Shown: in pieces, positions 7,645-16,661 of the stretch
Position numbering within the stretch: the stretch's first letter is position 1
Layout: every line of letters starts with the position of its first letter
Assembly: GCA_964649305.1 (NCBI GenBank)
Contig: CAZYOT010000003.1
Coordinates: 1-27,916 of the forward strand
DNA length: 27,916 nt
From: an uncultured Bdellovibrionales bacterium
GTDB taxonomy: Bacteria; Patescibacteriota; Minisyncoccia; Moranbacterales; UBA1568
Direction: 5' to 3'
Program-made: the position numbers and the translations under genes
The notes under the pieces: generated by a model
Database searches by the model: none
Seen by the model: only the letters and a program-made list of their open reading frames with translations
What the model was told of the DNA's origin: nothing

Positions 7645-9126
7645 ATGGCAAAATATATTCCTGTTATTGGTATGGAAGTGCATGTGGAGCTTAAGACAGC
7701 TTCCAAGATGTTTTGCAGTTGCCCGAATGGACTCGGTCTTGAGACTACACCTAATACTCATATTTGCTCTGTTTGTACGGGTCAACCAGGCAGTCTTCCG
7801 GTGCCCAATGCTCAGGCGATTGAAAGTGTACAGCGCGTAGGCCTGGCTCTGAACTGCAAGCTTGCAACAAAAAGTAAGTTTGATCGTAAGAACTATTTTT
7901 ATCCAGACCTTCCAAAGGGCTACCAGATTTCTCAGTACGATGAGCCTTTTTGTGGACCAGGAACTATAGAGGTGAATGGTAAGAATTTTGGGATCACTCG
8001 TATTCACATGGAAGAAGATACCGGAAAACTCACTCATCCAGCTGGAGCAGACTATACGCTCGTAGACTATAACCGTGGCGGTGTACCTTTGATGGAGCTT
8101 GTGACAGAAGCTGATTTTGATAACAGTACGGATGTCAAAGCTTTTTGTCAGTCCCTTCAGCAACTCCTCCGTTACTTAGAGGTATCTGATGCCAATATGG
8201 AGAAGGGTCAGATGCGCTGTGAGGTCAATATCTCCCTTCACAAAGAAGGTGAAGATAAATTTTCGGGCACCAAAGTAGAAGTCAAAAATCTGAACTCTTT
8301 TCGTGTAGTTGAGCGTACTATCGAGTATGAAATTAAGCGTCAGACAGAAGCGCTTGAGAATGGAATACCTCTCGTACAGGAGACTCGTGGCTGGGATGAA
8401 AACAAAGGAGAGACCTTTGCTCAGCGAAAAAAAGAATCAGCACATGACTATCGCTATTTTCCAGAGCCAGATATTTTGCCATTTCAGTTTGACGAGGCAT
8501 ATTTTACGCATCTCCGAAGCACTTTGCCGGAGTTGCCTCTAGCTAAATCAAAGCGTTTCAAAGAACAGTATGGTTTGAGTGAGGCGGATGTGACACTCCT
8601 GGTAGAAGATAAATATTTTGCAGGTTTTTTTGAGGCGGTAGTGAGTGAGCTCGAAGAAAAAAAACAATCAGGAGAACTCACCACTGATATAGAACGAGCC
8701 CGTAAGCTGGCAGTCAACTATCTTTTGACTGAGCTCCGTAAACATTTGTATGAAGCAGGACAGGCTATTCAGGATATCAGTATTACTCCTGAAAACTATG
8801 CCGAATTTGTTGCCATAGTGGCTGATGGTAAGATCAACTCAAGTGCTGCTCAAACAGTTCTTTCTGAGATGTATCATAGTAGTGATGGCGATACTGATCC
8901 ATCACATATTATAGAGAGACTCAATCTAGGTCAGGTCAATGATACAGAAGCATTAGAAAAAATTACTGATGCTGTATTGGCGGTGAATGAAAAATCAGTA
9001 GTTGATTATAAAGCAGGTAAGGAGAATGCTCTTAAATTCCTTATGGGCCAGGTGATGAAACAGTCAGGAGGTCGTGCCAACCCACAGACTGTAACGGAAA
9101 TTTTGAAGATGAAGCTATCAGAATAG
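7645..9126 (+). CDS. gatB: Asp-tRNA(Asn)/Glu-tRNA(Gln) amidotransferase subunit B
   Basis: IGMEVHVEL, FDRKNYFYPDLPKGYQISQ, HMEEDTGK, DYNRGGVPLMELVT, YRYFPEPD, C-terminal YqeY-like domain. Confidence 0.99.
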   Translation: MAKYIPVIGMEVHVELKTASKMFCSCPNGLGLETTPNTHICSVCTGQPGSLPVPNAQAIESVQRVGLALNCKLATKSKFDRKNYFYPDLPKGYQISQYDEPFCGPGTIEVNGKNFGITRIHMEEDTGKLTHPAGADYTLVDYNRGGVPLMELVTEADFDNSTDVKAFCQSLQQLLRYLEVSDANMEKGQMRCEVNISLHKEGEDKFSGTKVEVKNLNSFRVVERTIEYEIKRQTEALENGIPLVQETRGWDENKGETFAQRKKESAHDYRYFPEPDILPFQFDEAYFTHLRSTLPELPLAKSKRFKEQYGLSEADVTLLVEDKYFAGFFEAVVSELEEKKQSGELTTDIERARKLAVNYLLTELRKHLYEAGQAIQDISITPENYAEFVAIVADGKINSSAAQTVLSEMYHSSDGDTDPSHIIERLNLGQVNDTEALEKITDAVLAVNEKSVVDYKAGKENALKFLMGQVMKQSGGRANPQTVTEILKMKLSE

Positions 9127-9143
9127 GAATTTATATTTCGCTT

Positions 9144-9184
9144 AAAGCACTTTACTGATCTTTTTGACAGTAGAGTGCTTTTTT
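9144..9184 (+). terminator. Intrinsic terminator after gatB
   Basis: AAAGCACT/AGTGCTTT plus TACTG/CAGTA stem, followed by a T run. Confidence 0.8.
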
Positions 9185-9230
9185 GTTACTTTTAGTCCAT
9201 CCTTTTTGAGGCTATATAGGGATTCAAAAC

Positions 9231-9650
9231 ATGGAAAAGAAATCATTGGGACTTGGGAAAGGATTTCAAGGAGTTGTTCTTTCTAAAGAGCATAGCAAAG
9301 AGCTGCGTCGTGGAATAGCTGAAGCGACACGTTTGCGTGAAGCTAGACGATCCGAAGCATCTAGGCGCTCTACCATGAATATTTCGCTCGATTCAGGAGA
9401 GCCATGTGCTGCTTGTGGTGGGGCTATTACCTACACCAGTACCAAAAAATTTATTGCCACTGGTGAAATCCGTTTCGGCAATGGTCCGGCGGCTGGCTAT
9501 TATCAAGAAACAAGGACAGCTTCCTGCTCTGTTTGCGCCCTTGTCTACAATCATCAGCACCAACGTTTTGCTGTTGCTCGTGAGAAAGTAAAGGCGGAGC
9601 GCAGTCCTCCCGGCGATGACTGGTTGCCACCACCAAGAAAAGTTAAGTGA
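9231..9650 (+). CDS. Hypothetical protein with a putative zinc ribbon
   Basis: 139 aa, with CAACGG and CSVCAL (two CxxC) and a basic N-terminal helix. Bounded by terminators. Confidence 0.7.
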   Translation: MEKKSLGLGKGFQGVVLSKEHSKELRRGIAEATRLREARRSEASRRSTMNISLDSGEPCAACGGAITYTSTKKFIATGEIRFGNGPAAGYYQETRTASCSVCALVYNHQHQRFAVAREKVKAERSPPGDDWLPPPRKVK

Positions 9651-9671
9651 AGTCAGACAATGATCGACATC

Positions 9672-9707
9672 CATCGGCACGAACTGTAAAATAGTTTCGT
9701 GCCGATG
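9672..9707. repeat. Long hairpin / REP-like palindrome
   Basis: CATCGGCACGAA(9672-83) / TTCGTGCCGATG(9696-9707) is a perfect 12-bp inverted repeat with a further inner stem. Confidence 0.8.
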
Positions 9708-9726
9708 ATTGTTTCAGGAAGAAAAT

Positions 9727-9754
9727 AAAAAACCTCCAGTGAAGGAGGTTTTTT
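9727..9754. terminator. Bidirectional intrinsic terminator (orphan gene and miaA converge)
   Basis: AAAAAACCTCC-AGTGAA-GGAGGTTTTTT, adjacent to the miaA stop. Confidence 0.9.
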
Positions 9755-9755
9755 G

Positions 9756-10661
9756 TTAGTCAGCGTTTTTTTCAAGGAGGGAGAGGGCTTCGGCAGAGTT
9801 CTTGATCCAGTTGATTTTCCAGCCAAGGGATTCCATACGGCGGAGCCAGGTGATTTGACGTTTGGCATAGCGATTAACTTCTCGCATGAGCTCTACTTCC
9901 ATATCAGCACGTTTGAGTTTCTTCTGAAGGAAAAGGGCGATGTATTTGTATTCAAGACCAAAAGCCTCAAGACGCTTCCAGCTGACGCCTGATTTTTCGA
10001 GGCGTTCTACCTCTTGGACCATACCTTCTTTGAAGCGATCTTTCATGCGCTTACGAATAGCTCCTTGGTGAGTATAGCGATCAAGGCTAATAGCAAAAAT
10101 CTGGTAGTTTTCATTTTTGATTTTGACATGATCTACTGGAGGGACAACACCAAGCACTTCGATAATTTCGAGAGCGCGGATGAGACGAATAGGATTTTTG
10201 CGATCGATAGTCTTGGCACGAGCTGGATCTTTTTCTTTGACCATCGCAAAAAGTTCTTCAAGAGAAAGTTTACCGAGTCGCGCGCGTAGTTCTGGGTTGG
10301 GTTTGACTCCTGGGAAAGACTGACTCTCCATGTAGGCCTGAATCCAAAAACCAGTACCACCACAAAAAATAGGAGTTTTACCCTTAGCGCGAATAGCTAC
10401 TTCAGCTACCTTGGCATCACGAAGAAAGTCGGTGACATTGTACTCAGTGTTGGGATCTACGACGTCGAGGAGGTGATGAGGGGCTTGTTTTTGCTCAGCT
10501 TTGGTCACTTTGCCGCTCCCAATATCCATGCCTTTGTAGACCTGGCGACTATCGACAGAAATAATCTCGCCATTGTATTTGCGAGCTATTTCGATAGCCA
10601 AAGACGACTTACCTGAGGCAGTTGGTCCAAGAATCACAATGGCAGGGGAGGTGTTTTTCAT
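9756..10661 (-). CDS. miaA: tRNA (adenosine(37)-N6)-dimethylallyltransferase
   Basis: GPTASGKS, ISVDSRQVYKGMDIGSGK, PHHLLDV, GGTGFWI, YAKRQITW. Confidence 0.98.
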   Translation of the reverse strand: MKNTSPAIVILGPTASGKSSLAIEIARKYNGEIISVDSRQVYKGMDIGSGKVTKAEQKQAPHHLLDVVDPNTEYNVTDFLRDAKVAEVAIRAKGKTPIFCGGTGFWIQAYMESQSFPGVKPNPELRARLGKLSLEELFAMVKEKDPARAKTIDRKNPIRLIRALEIIEVLGVVPPVDHVKIKNENYQIFAISLDRYTHQGAIRKRMKDRFKEGMVQEVERLEKSGVSWKRLEAFGLEYKYIALFLQKKLKRADMEVELMREVNRYAKRQITWLRRMESLGWKINWIKNSAEALSLLEKNAD

Positions 10662-10837
10662 ACCCAGAACTACAATTTTGACAGGGGCTAATTTTGGATT
10701 AGCTTACGGGCAAAAACGCTTATTTTTATAAAATGGATTGTCTATACAGAACACTAAAGCTCGTTAGTCAAAATCGTAGTGCTGGGCATAGAAACGAATT
10801 CTGACATACTTTGGCTTTTTTGTAAAGAGACCAAAGC

Positions 10838-13800
10838 TTAGATATTGATACCACTCACTCCAGTGAGGTTTTTGATTTCCTCGAGTAGCTCATCATTTGT
10901 GGTGATAGAAAATGAAGTGGCGATGGTTTGACCAGCGATACAGACGCTCACTTTCTGGTCTCCGAGAGGTGCCTTCTTGAGTAGACGCGAAAGGTCTTCT
11001 ATCACGCTACCAGGAGCCTGTGAGTCGATAGTGACTGTGATATTGCTCGGTGCAATAGGTGTCCGTAAAAGCGCTGCTTCGGCTGATCGGGTACGAGTGA
11101 TTTCATGACGGGTAAATTGAGAGACATTTTCGAGGCTGAGCTTCTCGCCACTTTCAGCCATGATACGGATGTCACCATCCTTCTGATTGACCTTTACGGT
11201 CACAATGACCATTTCGTCTTCGTGCCAGAGACTTTCGGTTTGCTCGGCAATTTTGCCAAAGACGAGAATTTCTATTTGTCCCGTCATATCTTCGAGTCCC
11301 ACAAAAAACATCGTGTTGCCAGTTTTGGTGAGGATTTTACGGACCTTACTAATGACACCACCGATACGCACTGTGCGTCCAGGAGTAACTTTTTCGAGTT
11401 CATTTATCGGCAGAGCCGTTTTGTTGAGATACTCTTGATACTCTGCTACTGGATGATCGCTCACGTAAAGACCAAGGAGTTCTTTCTCCCAAGCGAGGCG
11501 CATTTTCTTAGTGGCTGGTTCAGCGGCAGCCAGGTGAATCTTGGTTTCCGGGAGAGGCATATCACCAAAAAGGCTGTTGGTGTGATTCTCTAGCAGGTTC
11601 TTACTGTTTTTGGCGTGTTTTAAGATAGCATCAAGACTTTGGAGAAGTTGATTGCGTTCACCAAAAAAATCAAGAGCGCCTACTTTAGTGAGGGCCTCGA
11701 TAGACTTTTTGTTGAGGTCTTTGGTCTGCACACGTTCGGTCAAGGCTTCGAGTGTCTCGTAGCGTCCGTTTCGCTTGCGCTCTTCTACTATTTCTTGAGC
11801 CACCACATGACCTACGTTTTTGATAGCGTTGAGTCCAAAGCGTATATTGCCACCATTGTGATTGGCCTTGTCTGGGACGACTGCAAATTCCTCAAAACTT
11901 TCATTGACATCAGGTGGCAAAACTTCGATACCCATTTCTCTGGCCTCATGAACTTCAATAGCTACACGGTCGATATTGTCTTGGTCGCTTGTAAGTAGAG
12001 CAGCCATGAATTCGGCAGGGTAGTGAGCTTTGAGGTAAGCAGTCTGGTATCCAATCAATGCATAACAAGCAGCATGACTACGGTTGAATCCATAGCCAGC
12101 GAATGGTTCGATAAAAACAAACACTTTCTCACCAATGGTTTTGCCGACGCCGGTAGCGATACAGCCTTCTACGAATTTCTCGCGTTGCTCCTGTACGAGA
12201 CTCAAGATTTTCTTTCCCACCGCTTTACGAAGCACATCAGCTTCACCAAGGGTAAAGCCAGCCAAGTCACGAGCGATCTGCATAAGTTGCTCCTGGTAGA
12301 CGGCTACACCGTACGTGTTCTTCAAGATTGGCTCGAGGATAGGGTGGAGGTACTTCACCTGTTTGGTACCGTGTTTACCGGCGATGAAGTCCGGGATGTA
12401 TTCCATTGGTCCTGGACGATAGAGAGCCACCATAGCAATGATATCTTCAAAAACAGTTGGCTTGAGCTGTTTGAGGTAGCGTTTCATGCCAGCACTTTCA
12501 AGTTGGAATATTCCAGTAGTATGAGCATCCTGGAGGAGTTTGTATGTAGCGTCATCATCAAGTGGGATATCCTCGATATTCACCTCTACGTCACGCGTCT
12601 TACGGACAATACGGAGGGTGTTTTGGATAATGGTGAGGTTCTTGAGGCCAAGAAAGTCCATTTTGAGGAGGCCAATTTTTTCTACGGCGTTGGCTTTGGT
12701 GCTGGCTGCATACTGTGTCACCACACCTTCGCGTGAACCAGACACGCGCTGAAGGGGGGTGTATTCAGTGACGGGATGCTCGGTAATGACTACTCCACAA
12801 GCATGCATAGAGGCATGGCGACAGAGACCTTCTACGGTCATAGCAGCATCGATGAGTTTTTTGACATCAGCACTACTCTCGTACCAGCTCGTAAATTCAG
12901 GTACCTCTTCAAGAGCTTTCTTGATAGACGTAAACATCGGGATCATCTTGGATGTCTTGTCACAGATATCATAGGGGTAACCGAGAGCGCGACCAACATC
13001 ACGGATAGCCGCTCGCGCCGCCATGGTTCCAAAAGTAATAATCTGTGCTACATGGTCGTTACCATATTTACTACGGACATAGTTGAGCACATCATCACGA
13101 CGGTTATCGGCAAAGTCCATATCCACATCGGGCATGGAGATACGTTCCGGATTGAGGAAACGCTCGAAGAGAAGGTCGTACTTGATAGGATCGAGATCAG
13201 TGATACCGGTGAGGTAGGCGACAAAAGAACCAGCCGCCGACCCACGACCCGGACCAGTCACAACCCCGTTGTTTTTGGCCCAGTTCACGAAGTCCTGGAC
13301 GATAAGGAAGTAAGATGCAAAACCAGTACCCTCGATAATTTTGAGCTCGTAGTTGAGGCGAGTTATGTGTTCTTCAGTGAGGACGCTCTGGTCGGGGTAG
13401 CGTTTGTGGAGACCACTTTCACAAAGCTCGCGGAGGTAGCCATCAGCGGTCTTGCCTTCTGGTAGTGGAAAAGAGGGGAGTTGGTTTTCACCAGTATGAA
13501 GCTTGAAGTGCACTCGGTCAGCGATAGCCTCGGTGTTACTGATGGCTTCTGGTATAGCCGCAAAGAGATTGGTCATTTCTTCAGGAGAACGAAAAGAAAG
13601 ATCAAGTGAACGCATACTGAAACGTTCATGATCAGATACTTTTTTGTTGTCACGGATACAGAGAAGAATATCTTGGATTTCGGCGTGCTCTTTTTTTACG
13701 TAGTGAACATCGCACGCAGCTACCACAGGAATACCAGTCTCCTGACTGATCTGAATCAATCCCTGATTAACCGTCATCTGATTCTCATTGTCTAGATGAG

Positions 13801-14326
13801 GACCAAGCTCAAGAAAGAAATTATCTTTACCAAAAATATCTTCGTACTCGAGAGCTAGCATCTTAGCACGCTCATAGTTGCCATAGAGGAGCTCTGATGG
13901 AATTTCGCCCTGAAGTGATCCCGAGAGAGCAATGAGTCCTTTGCCATATTCACGAAGAAGCTTCTTGTCGGCACGAGCTTTGTAGTAAAAGCCATCCAGC
14001 TGAGCGATAGAGATGAGCTTCATGAGATTCTTGTAGCCCACTTCATCTTCTACCAGGAGGACAAGCTGATGGCGACGACGATCCTCAGCTGTATTGTTTT
14101 TGCTCAGGTGGTCTTTGCAAATAAATATTTCTGCTCCGAGGATAGCCTTGATGTCATATTCTTTGGCTTTGGTATAAAACTCCACAGCACCATACATAGC
14201 ACTTGTATCAGTAATAGCAAGCGCCGTCATACCCATAGCCTTAGCCTCAGCCAAGAGATCTTCTATCTTAGGGAGAGCGGTGAGGAGTGAGTAGTGAGAA
14301 TGCGTGTGGAGGTGGACAAATGACAT
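10838..14326 (-). CDS. dnaE: DNA polymerase III alpha subunit (DnaE, with PHP domain)
   Basis: MSFVHLHTHSHYS, GPGRGSAAGS, FERFLNPERISMPDVDMDF, GLLKMDFLGL, YGFNRSHAACY, OB fold. The start is set at ATG 14326, giving 1162 aa. Confidence 0.99.
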   Translation of the reverse strand: MSFVHLHTHSHYSLLTALPKIEDLLAEAKAMGMTALAITDTSAMYGAVEFYTKAKEYDIKAILGAEIFICKDHLSKNNTAEDRRRHQLVLLVEDEVGYKNLMKLISIAQLDGFYYKARADKKLLREYGKGLIALSGSLQGEIPSELLYGNYERAKMLALEYEDIFGKDNFFLELGPHLDNENQMTVNQGLIQISQETGIPVVAACDVHYVKKEHAEIQDILLCIRDNKKVSDHERFSMRSLDLSFRSPEEMTNLFAAIPEAISNTEAIADRVHFKLHTGENQLPSFPLPEGKTADGYLRELCESGLHKRYPDQSVLTEEHITRLNYELKIIEGTGFASYFLIVQDFVNWAKNNGVVTGPGRGSAAGSFVAYLTGITDLDPIKYDLLFERFLNPERISMPDVDMDFADNRRDDVLNYVRSKYGNDHVAQIITFGTMAARAAIRDVGRALGYPYDICDKTSKMIPMFTSIKKALEEVPEFTSWYESSADVKKLIDAAMTVEGLCRHASMHACGVVITEHPVTEYTPLQRVSGSREGVVTQYAASTKANAVEKIGLLKMDFLGLKNLTIIQNTLRIVRKTRDVEVNIEDIPLDDDATYKLLQDAHTTGIFQLESAGMKRYLKQLKPTVFEDIIAMVALYRPGPMEYIPDFIAGKHGTKQVKYLHPILEPILKNTYGVAVYQEQLMQIARDLAGFTLGEADVLRKAVGKKILSLVQEQREKFVEGCIATGVGKTIGEKVFVFIEPFAGYGFNRSHAACYALIGYQTAYLKAHYPAEFMAALLTSDQDNIDRVAIEVHEAREMGIEVLPPDVNESFEEFAVVPDKANHNGGNIRFGLNAIKNVGHVVAQEIVEERKRNGRYETLEALTERVQTKDLNKKSIEALTKVGALDFFGERNQLLQSLDAILKHAKNSKNLLENHTNSLFGDMPLPETKIHLAAAEPATKKMRLAWEKELLGLYVSDHPVAEYQEYLNKTALPINELEKVTPGRTVRIGGVISKVRKILTKTGNTMFFVGLEDMTGQIEILVFGKIAEQTESLWHEDEMVIVTVKVNQKDGDIRIMAESGEKLSLENVSQFTRHEITRTRSAEAALLRTPIAPSNITVTIDSQAPGSVIEDLSRLLKKAPLGDQKVSVCIAGQTIATSFSITTNDELLEEIKNLTGVSGINI

Positions 14327-14344
14327 AGAGAAGTAATTTGAGGC

Positions 14345-14372
14345 AAAATAAAAACCGCCAAAAAATGCGGCT
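14345..14372 (-). terminator. Terminator-like hairpin just upstream of dnaE
   Basis: Minus strand AGCCGC-8nt-GCGGTT followed by TTTATTTT, ending ~19 nt before the dnaE ATG. Confidence 0.5.
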
Positions 14373-14684
14373 AAAAACGAAATGAAAATGCGTATATCAT
14401 AGGTGTATAGTCCCTCAGTAGCCAGGGTAAACCAAAAGGCATATGCAGGGAAAATCAATGTACTCCTAGTTTACCCCGCGCGACAATTTTAAACAAGCAT
14501 TTCAAAAACTGAACATAAAACCAAAAGTAGGACTTTTTTAGGAGGATACCTAAGATGATTACAAGGTATGAGATAAAAACTTTAAAATTGTAGCCCAGGG
14601 TATAGCAGAAAAGCCAAACCCCCTCCACATGCAGTTGCACGGAAGGGGGTAAGAGGTCCAAGGACTGGGACTTGTCCTAGTAAT

Positions 14685-15014
14685 TTAAGCCTTTCGTAAT
14701 CGTTGTAGATAGAGGATGATTTCCAGGGCGATGAGCGCTCCGATATACCACTGCCAGCCAGGGACGAGATATGGAGGAGTGTTTTGTTTGTTAAAAAACA
14801 ATAATCCAAATGCAAAAATCCCCATACAAGTCATAGCTGATATTGGCGAGTTCCATTTTTGGGTAAAACAAAGGTACCCAGTGCCGAAGATAATCAGGAA
14901 CAAAATAAATTGTGCCTGTTGCACTTGACTTGGGGGCATGTAATAGCCAACAGCTGCAAAAAGCAGCAAAGCAACAACACTAATAATAGAGCGCTTATTG
15001 TTTGTGATGATCAT
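14685..15014 (-). CDS. Hypothetical small multi-pass membrane protein (109 aa)
   Basis: Four hydrophobic segments. GGAG lies 9 nt upstream of the ATG. Confidence 0.7.
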   Translation of the reverse strand: MIITNNKRSIISVVALLLFAAVGYYMPPSQVQQAQFILFLIIFGTGYLCFTQKWNSPISAMTCMGIFAFGLLFFNKQNTPPYLVPGWQWYIGALIALEIILYLQRLRKA

Positions 15015-15098
15015 GATGAATCACTCCATTTGAGAAAGGACTGTGCATTTATTAATTTATCTATAGCACCTACAATCAGTTTAAGTCAAAAAGTAAAG

Positions 15099-15107
15099 TG
15101 ATATACT
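15099..15107 (+). promoter_or_regulatory. Extended -10 promoter positioned for a leaderless rnhB mRNA
   Basis: TG-A-TATACT, 6 nt, ATG(15114). Confidence 0.65.
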
Positions 15108-15113
15108 AAAAGT

Positions 15114-15815
15114 ATGGAACTACCAACCTTCAATAAAGAAAGAGAAATTGTGGCCCATGGCCAGTACTTTGCGGTAGGCATTGATGAGGCAGGCCGGGGG
15201 CCGCTCGCCGGTCCAGTGGTGGCGTCAGCTGTGGTGTATAAGCACCCAGACTTCACCTATCCGCTTGAGCTTACCAAGGCCTTCACACTTATCCGTGATT
15301 CCAAGAAACTTTCCGAAAAGCAGCGTGAAGAGGCTTTTGCTCTCATTCAAGAACACTTCTATGTTGGAGTGGGGATAGTCAATGCTGAGACTATAGACAG
15401 GGTCAATATTTTGCAGGCTACCTTTCTCGCTATGAAGGGGGCTCTTTCGGATCTCAAACGCCAGCTTCCTAAAGACGGCCGCGAAGTGTATCTACTCTTA
15501 GATGGCAATCAGCTTCTCCCAGGCTATAGCGGAGCCCAGGAAACAGTTATCGGCGGAGATGGTACAGTACGTTCCATAGCGGCCGCTTCTATCATAGCCA
15601 AAGTCACTCGAGATCGGATGTTTGAAGAATACGAGAAGACGTACCCCGAGTATGGATTTGGTAAGCACAAGGGCTACGGTACCAAAGTTCACATGGATGC
15701 TCTCCGTAAATATGGACCGACACCGATCCATAGGGTGTCATTTAAACCGGTCAAGCTGGCCCTCCCAGAGAACGTGAACAAGCGCTTTGACCGAGAACTA
15801 AAACCTCGTAAGTAG
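15114..15815 (+). CDS. rnhB: Ribonuclease HII
   Basis: GIDEAGRGPLAGPVV, DSKKL, LLDG, IAAASIIAKVTRD, KHKGYGT. Confidence 0.98.
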   Translation: MELPTFNKEREIVAHGQYFAVGIDEAGRGPLAGPVVASAVVYKHPDFTYPLELTKAFTLIRDSKKLSEKQREEAFALIQEHFYVGVGIVNAETIDRVNILQATFLAMKGALSDLKRQLPKDGREVYLLLDGNQLLPGYSGAQETVIGGDGTVRSIAAASIIAKVTRDRMFEEYEKTYPEYGFGKHKGYGTKVHMDALRKYGPTPIHRVSFKPVKLALPENVNKRFDRELKPRK

Positions 15816-15822
15816 GAAGAAG

Positions 15823-15851
15823 TTGCTCTCTTTGGCTTTGTACGCTAGGGT
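15823..15851 (+). promoter_or_regulatory. Sigma70-type promoter for the orphan gene at 15911
   Basis: TTGCTC, 17-nt spacer, TAGGGT. Confidence 0.45.
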
Positions 15852-15910
15852 GAGGGTGCGTTCTTTTATTATATGTAGTCACTCGTCACTTTTTTCGGAA
15901 GGAATTACCC

Positions 15911-16507
15911 ATGTCTAATGAGCTGAGACGAATACCTTGGTGCGGTGTACTTGCACGGAGCGTTAGTATTCCGCTTGTGTATCCTGAAGGAGAGCGATCA
16001 CTTCAGGAGGAGCTCGCTACGCCACGACCGATTGATTTCCCTCACACGGCATCAGGAGTATGGGAAACACTTCGGTCTCGACTCGGGGAGGGATCAGAAG
16101 GCTATGCTCCAGAGATCGTACCCTATGAAGTGGGTCTAAGCGCGCACCAGCCTCGAGAAGATCCGCGCAAGAAATATATGCGAGCGCCAGTAGCACACAA
16201 GCCCTCTCATTACGAAATCCTGTCGTACTTGGGTCAGTCTGCCTTTGTGCCGTGGCGCACTCTGATTGCCTTTATAGATGCCGACGGAGCCAGTAATGGT
16301 GAGATATTCAGTACCCACGGACCAACCGTAGGACTCTATATTAAGACCAATACGGGTGGCATCATGAAGGTTATCCTTATGCGGTCTGAGGTTCAGGGGA
16401 GCTTTATCTACTATATGGATAATCCTATAGTGCCTGATGCCATACGAGCTGGCCCGCTTGAGTACGGGACCAAAACCATCTTTGCCCTGGCTCGACCGTA
16501 CGGGTGA
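15911..16507 (+). CDS. Hypothetical protein (198 aa)
   Basis: Fills the gap between rnhB and rpmF. It has an AAGGA SD-like motif 7 nt upstream, its own candidate promoter and a terminator. Confidence 0.7.
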   Translation: MSNELRRIPWCGVLARSVSIPLVYPEGERSLQEELATPRPIDFPHTASGVWETLRSRLGEGSEGYAPEIVPYEVGLSAHQPREDPRKKYMRAPVAHKPSHYEILSYLGQSAFVPWRTLIAFIDADGASNGEIFSTHGPTVGLYIKTNTGGIMKVILMRSEVQGSFIYYMDNPIVPDAIRAGPLEYGTKTIFALARPYG

Positions 16508-16553
16508 CCCAAGGTAAGTAAGATGGACAGAAAGTGTTCATGAATTACTATGT

Positions 16554-16590
16554 GCCGGAGCTCCATTTTATGTGGACTCCGGCTCTTTTT
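16554..16590 (+). terminator. Intrinsic terminator
   Basis: GCCGGAG/CTCCGGC plus TCCA/TGGA stem, then TCTTTTT. Confidence 0.8.
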
Positions 16591-16598
16591 CTTTCTAC

Positions 16599-16627
16599 TT
16601 GCCAATATAGAGACCTTGTGTTACTCT
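16599..16627 (+). promoter_or_regulatory. Sigma70-type promoter for rpmF-nusB
   Basis: TTGCCA, 17-nt spacer, TACTCT, with extended -10 TG at 16619-20. Confidence 0.7.
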
Positions 16628-16661
16628 TCTTTTGTTAAATATTTCTAGAATTTTTACTGTT

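Noticed and set aside
7381-8163. 260-aa minus-strand ORF over dut and gatB, and similar shadows over nusG, folA, nusB, smc and rpsP (for example 21790-22206, 21936-22454)
   Set aside because: They overlap well-supported genes completely and show no protein motifs.
10662-10837. Small hairpins between dnaE and miaA (GCTAAT/ATTAGC, AGCACTA/TAGTGTT, CTTTGG/CCAAAG)
   Set aside because: The stems are 6-7 bp, with no relation to the repeat families and no recognisable RNA motif.
11105-13563. Long plus-strand ORFs (up to 237 aa) and short alternative-frame ORFs inside dnaE
   Set aside because: These are shadows of a highly conserved gene. They have no recognisable motifs or promoters, and open antisense frames are expected from codon bias.
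10838-14326. Intein or intron in dnaE
   Set aside because: The 1162-aa length is normal, the motifs are continuous, and no intein termini were seen.
14390-14425. GAGGGACT...CCTATGA on the minus strand, like part of a SAM-I riboswitch
   Set aside because: It lacks the P1 UUAUC/GAUAA, GCAACC and GGUGC elements, and dnaE is not a SAM-pathway gene.
14327-14458. Hydrophobic 44-aa N-terminal extension of DnaE (possible membrane anchor) from TTG 14458
   Set aside because: The conserved PHP motif starts at M45 (MSFVHLH). T-rich DNA explains the Phe/Leu content, and a terminator-like hairpin lies within the extension.
14455-14661. 68-aa hydrophobic ORF upstream of dnaE
   Set aside because: TTG start, no SD, and it crosses hairpins. 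Kept only as part of the intergenic finding, not called as a gene.
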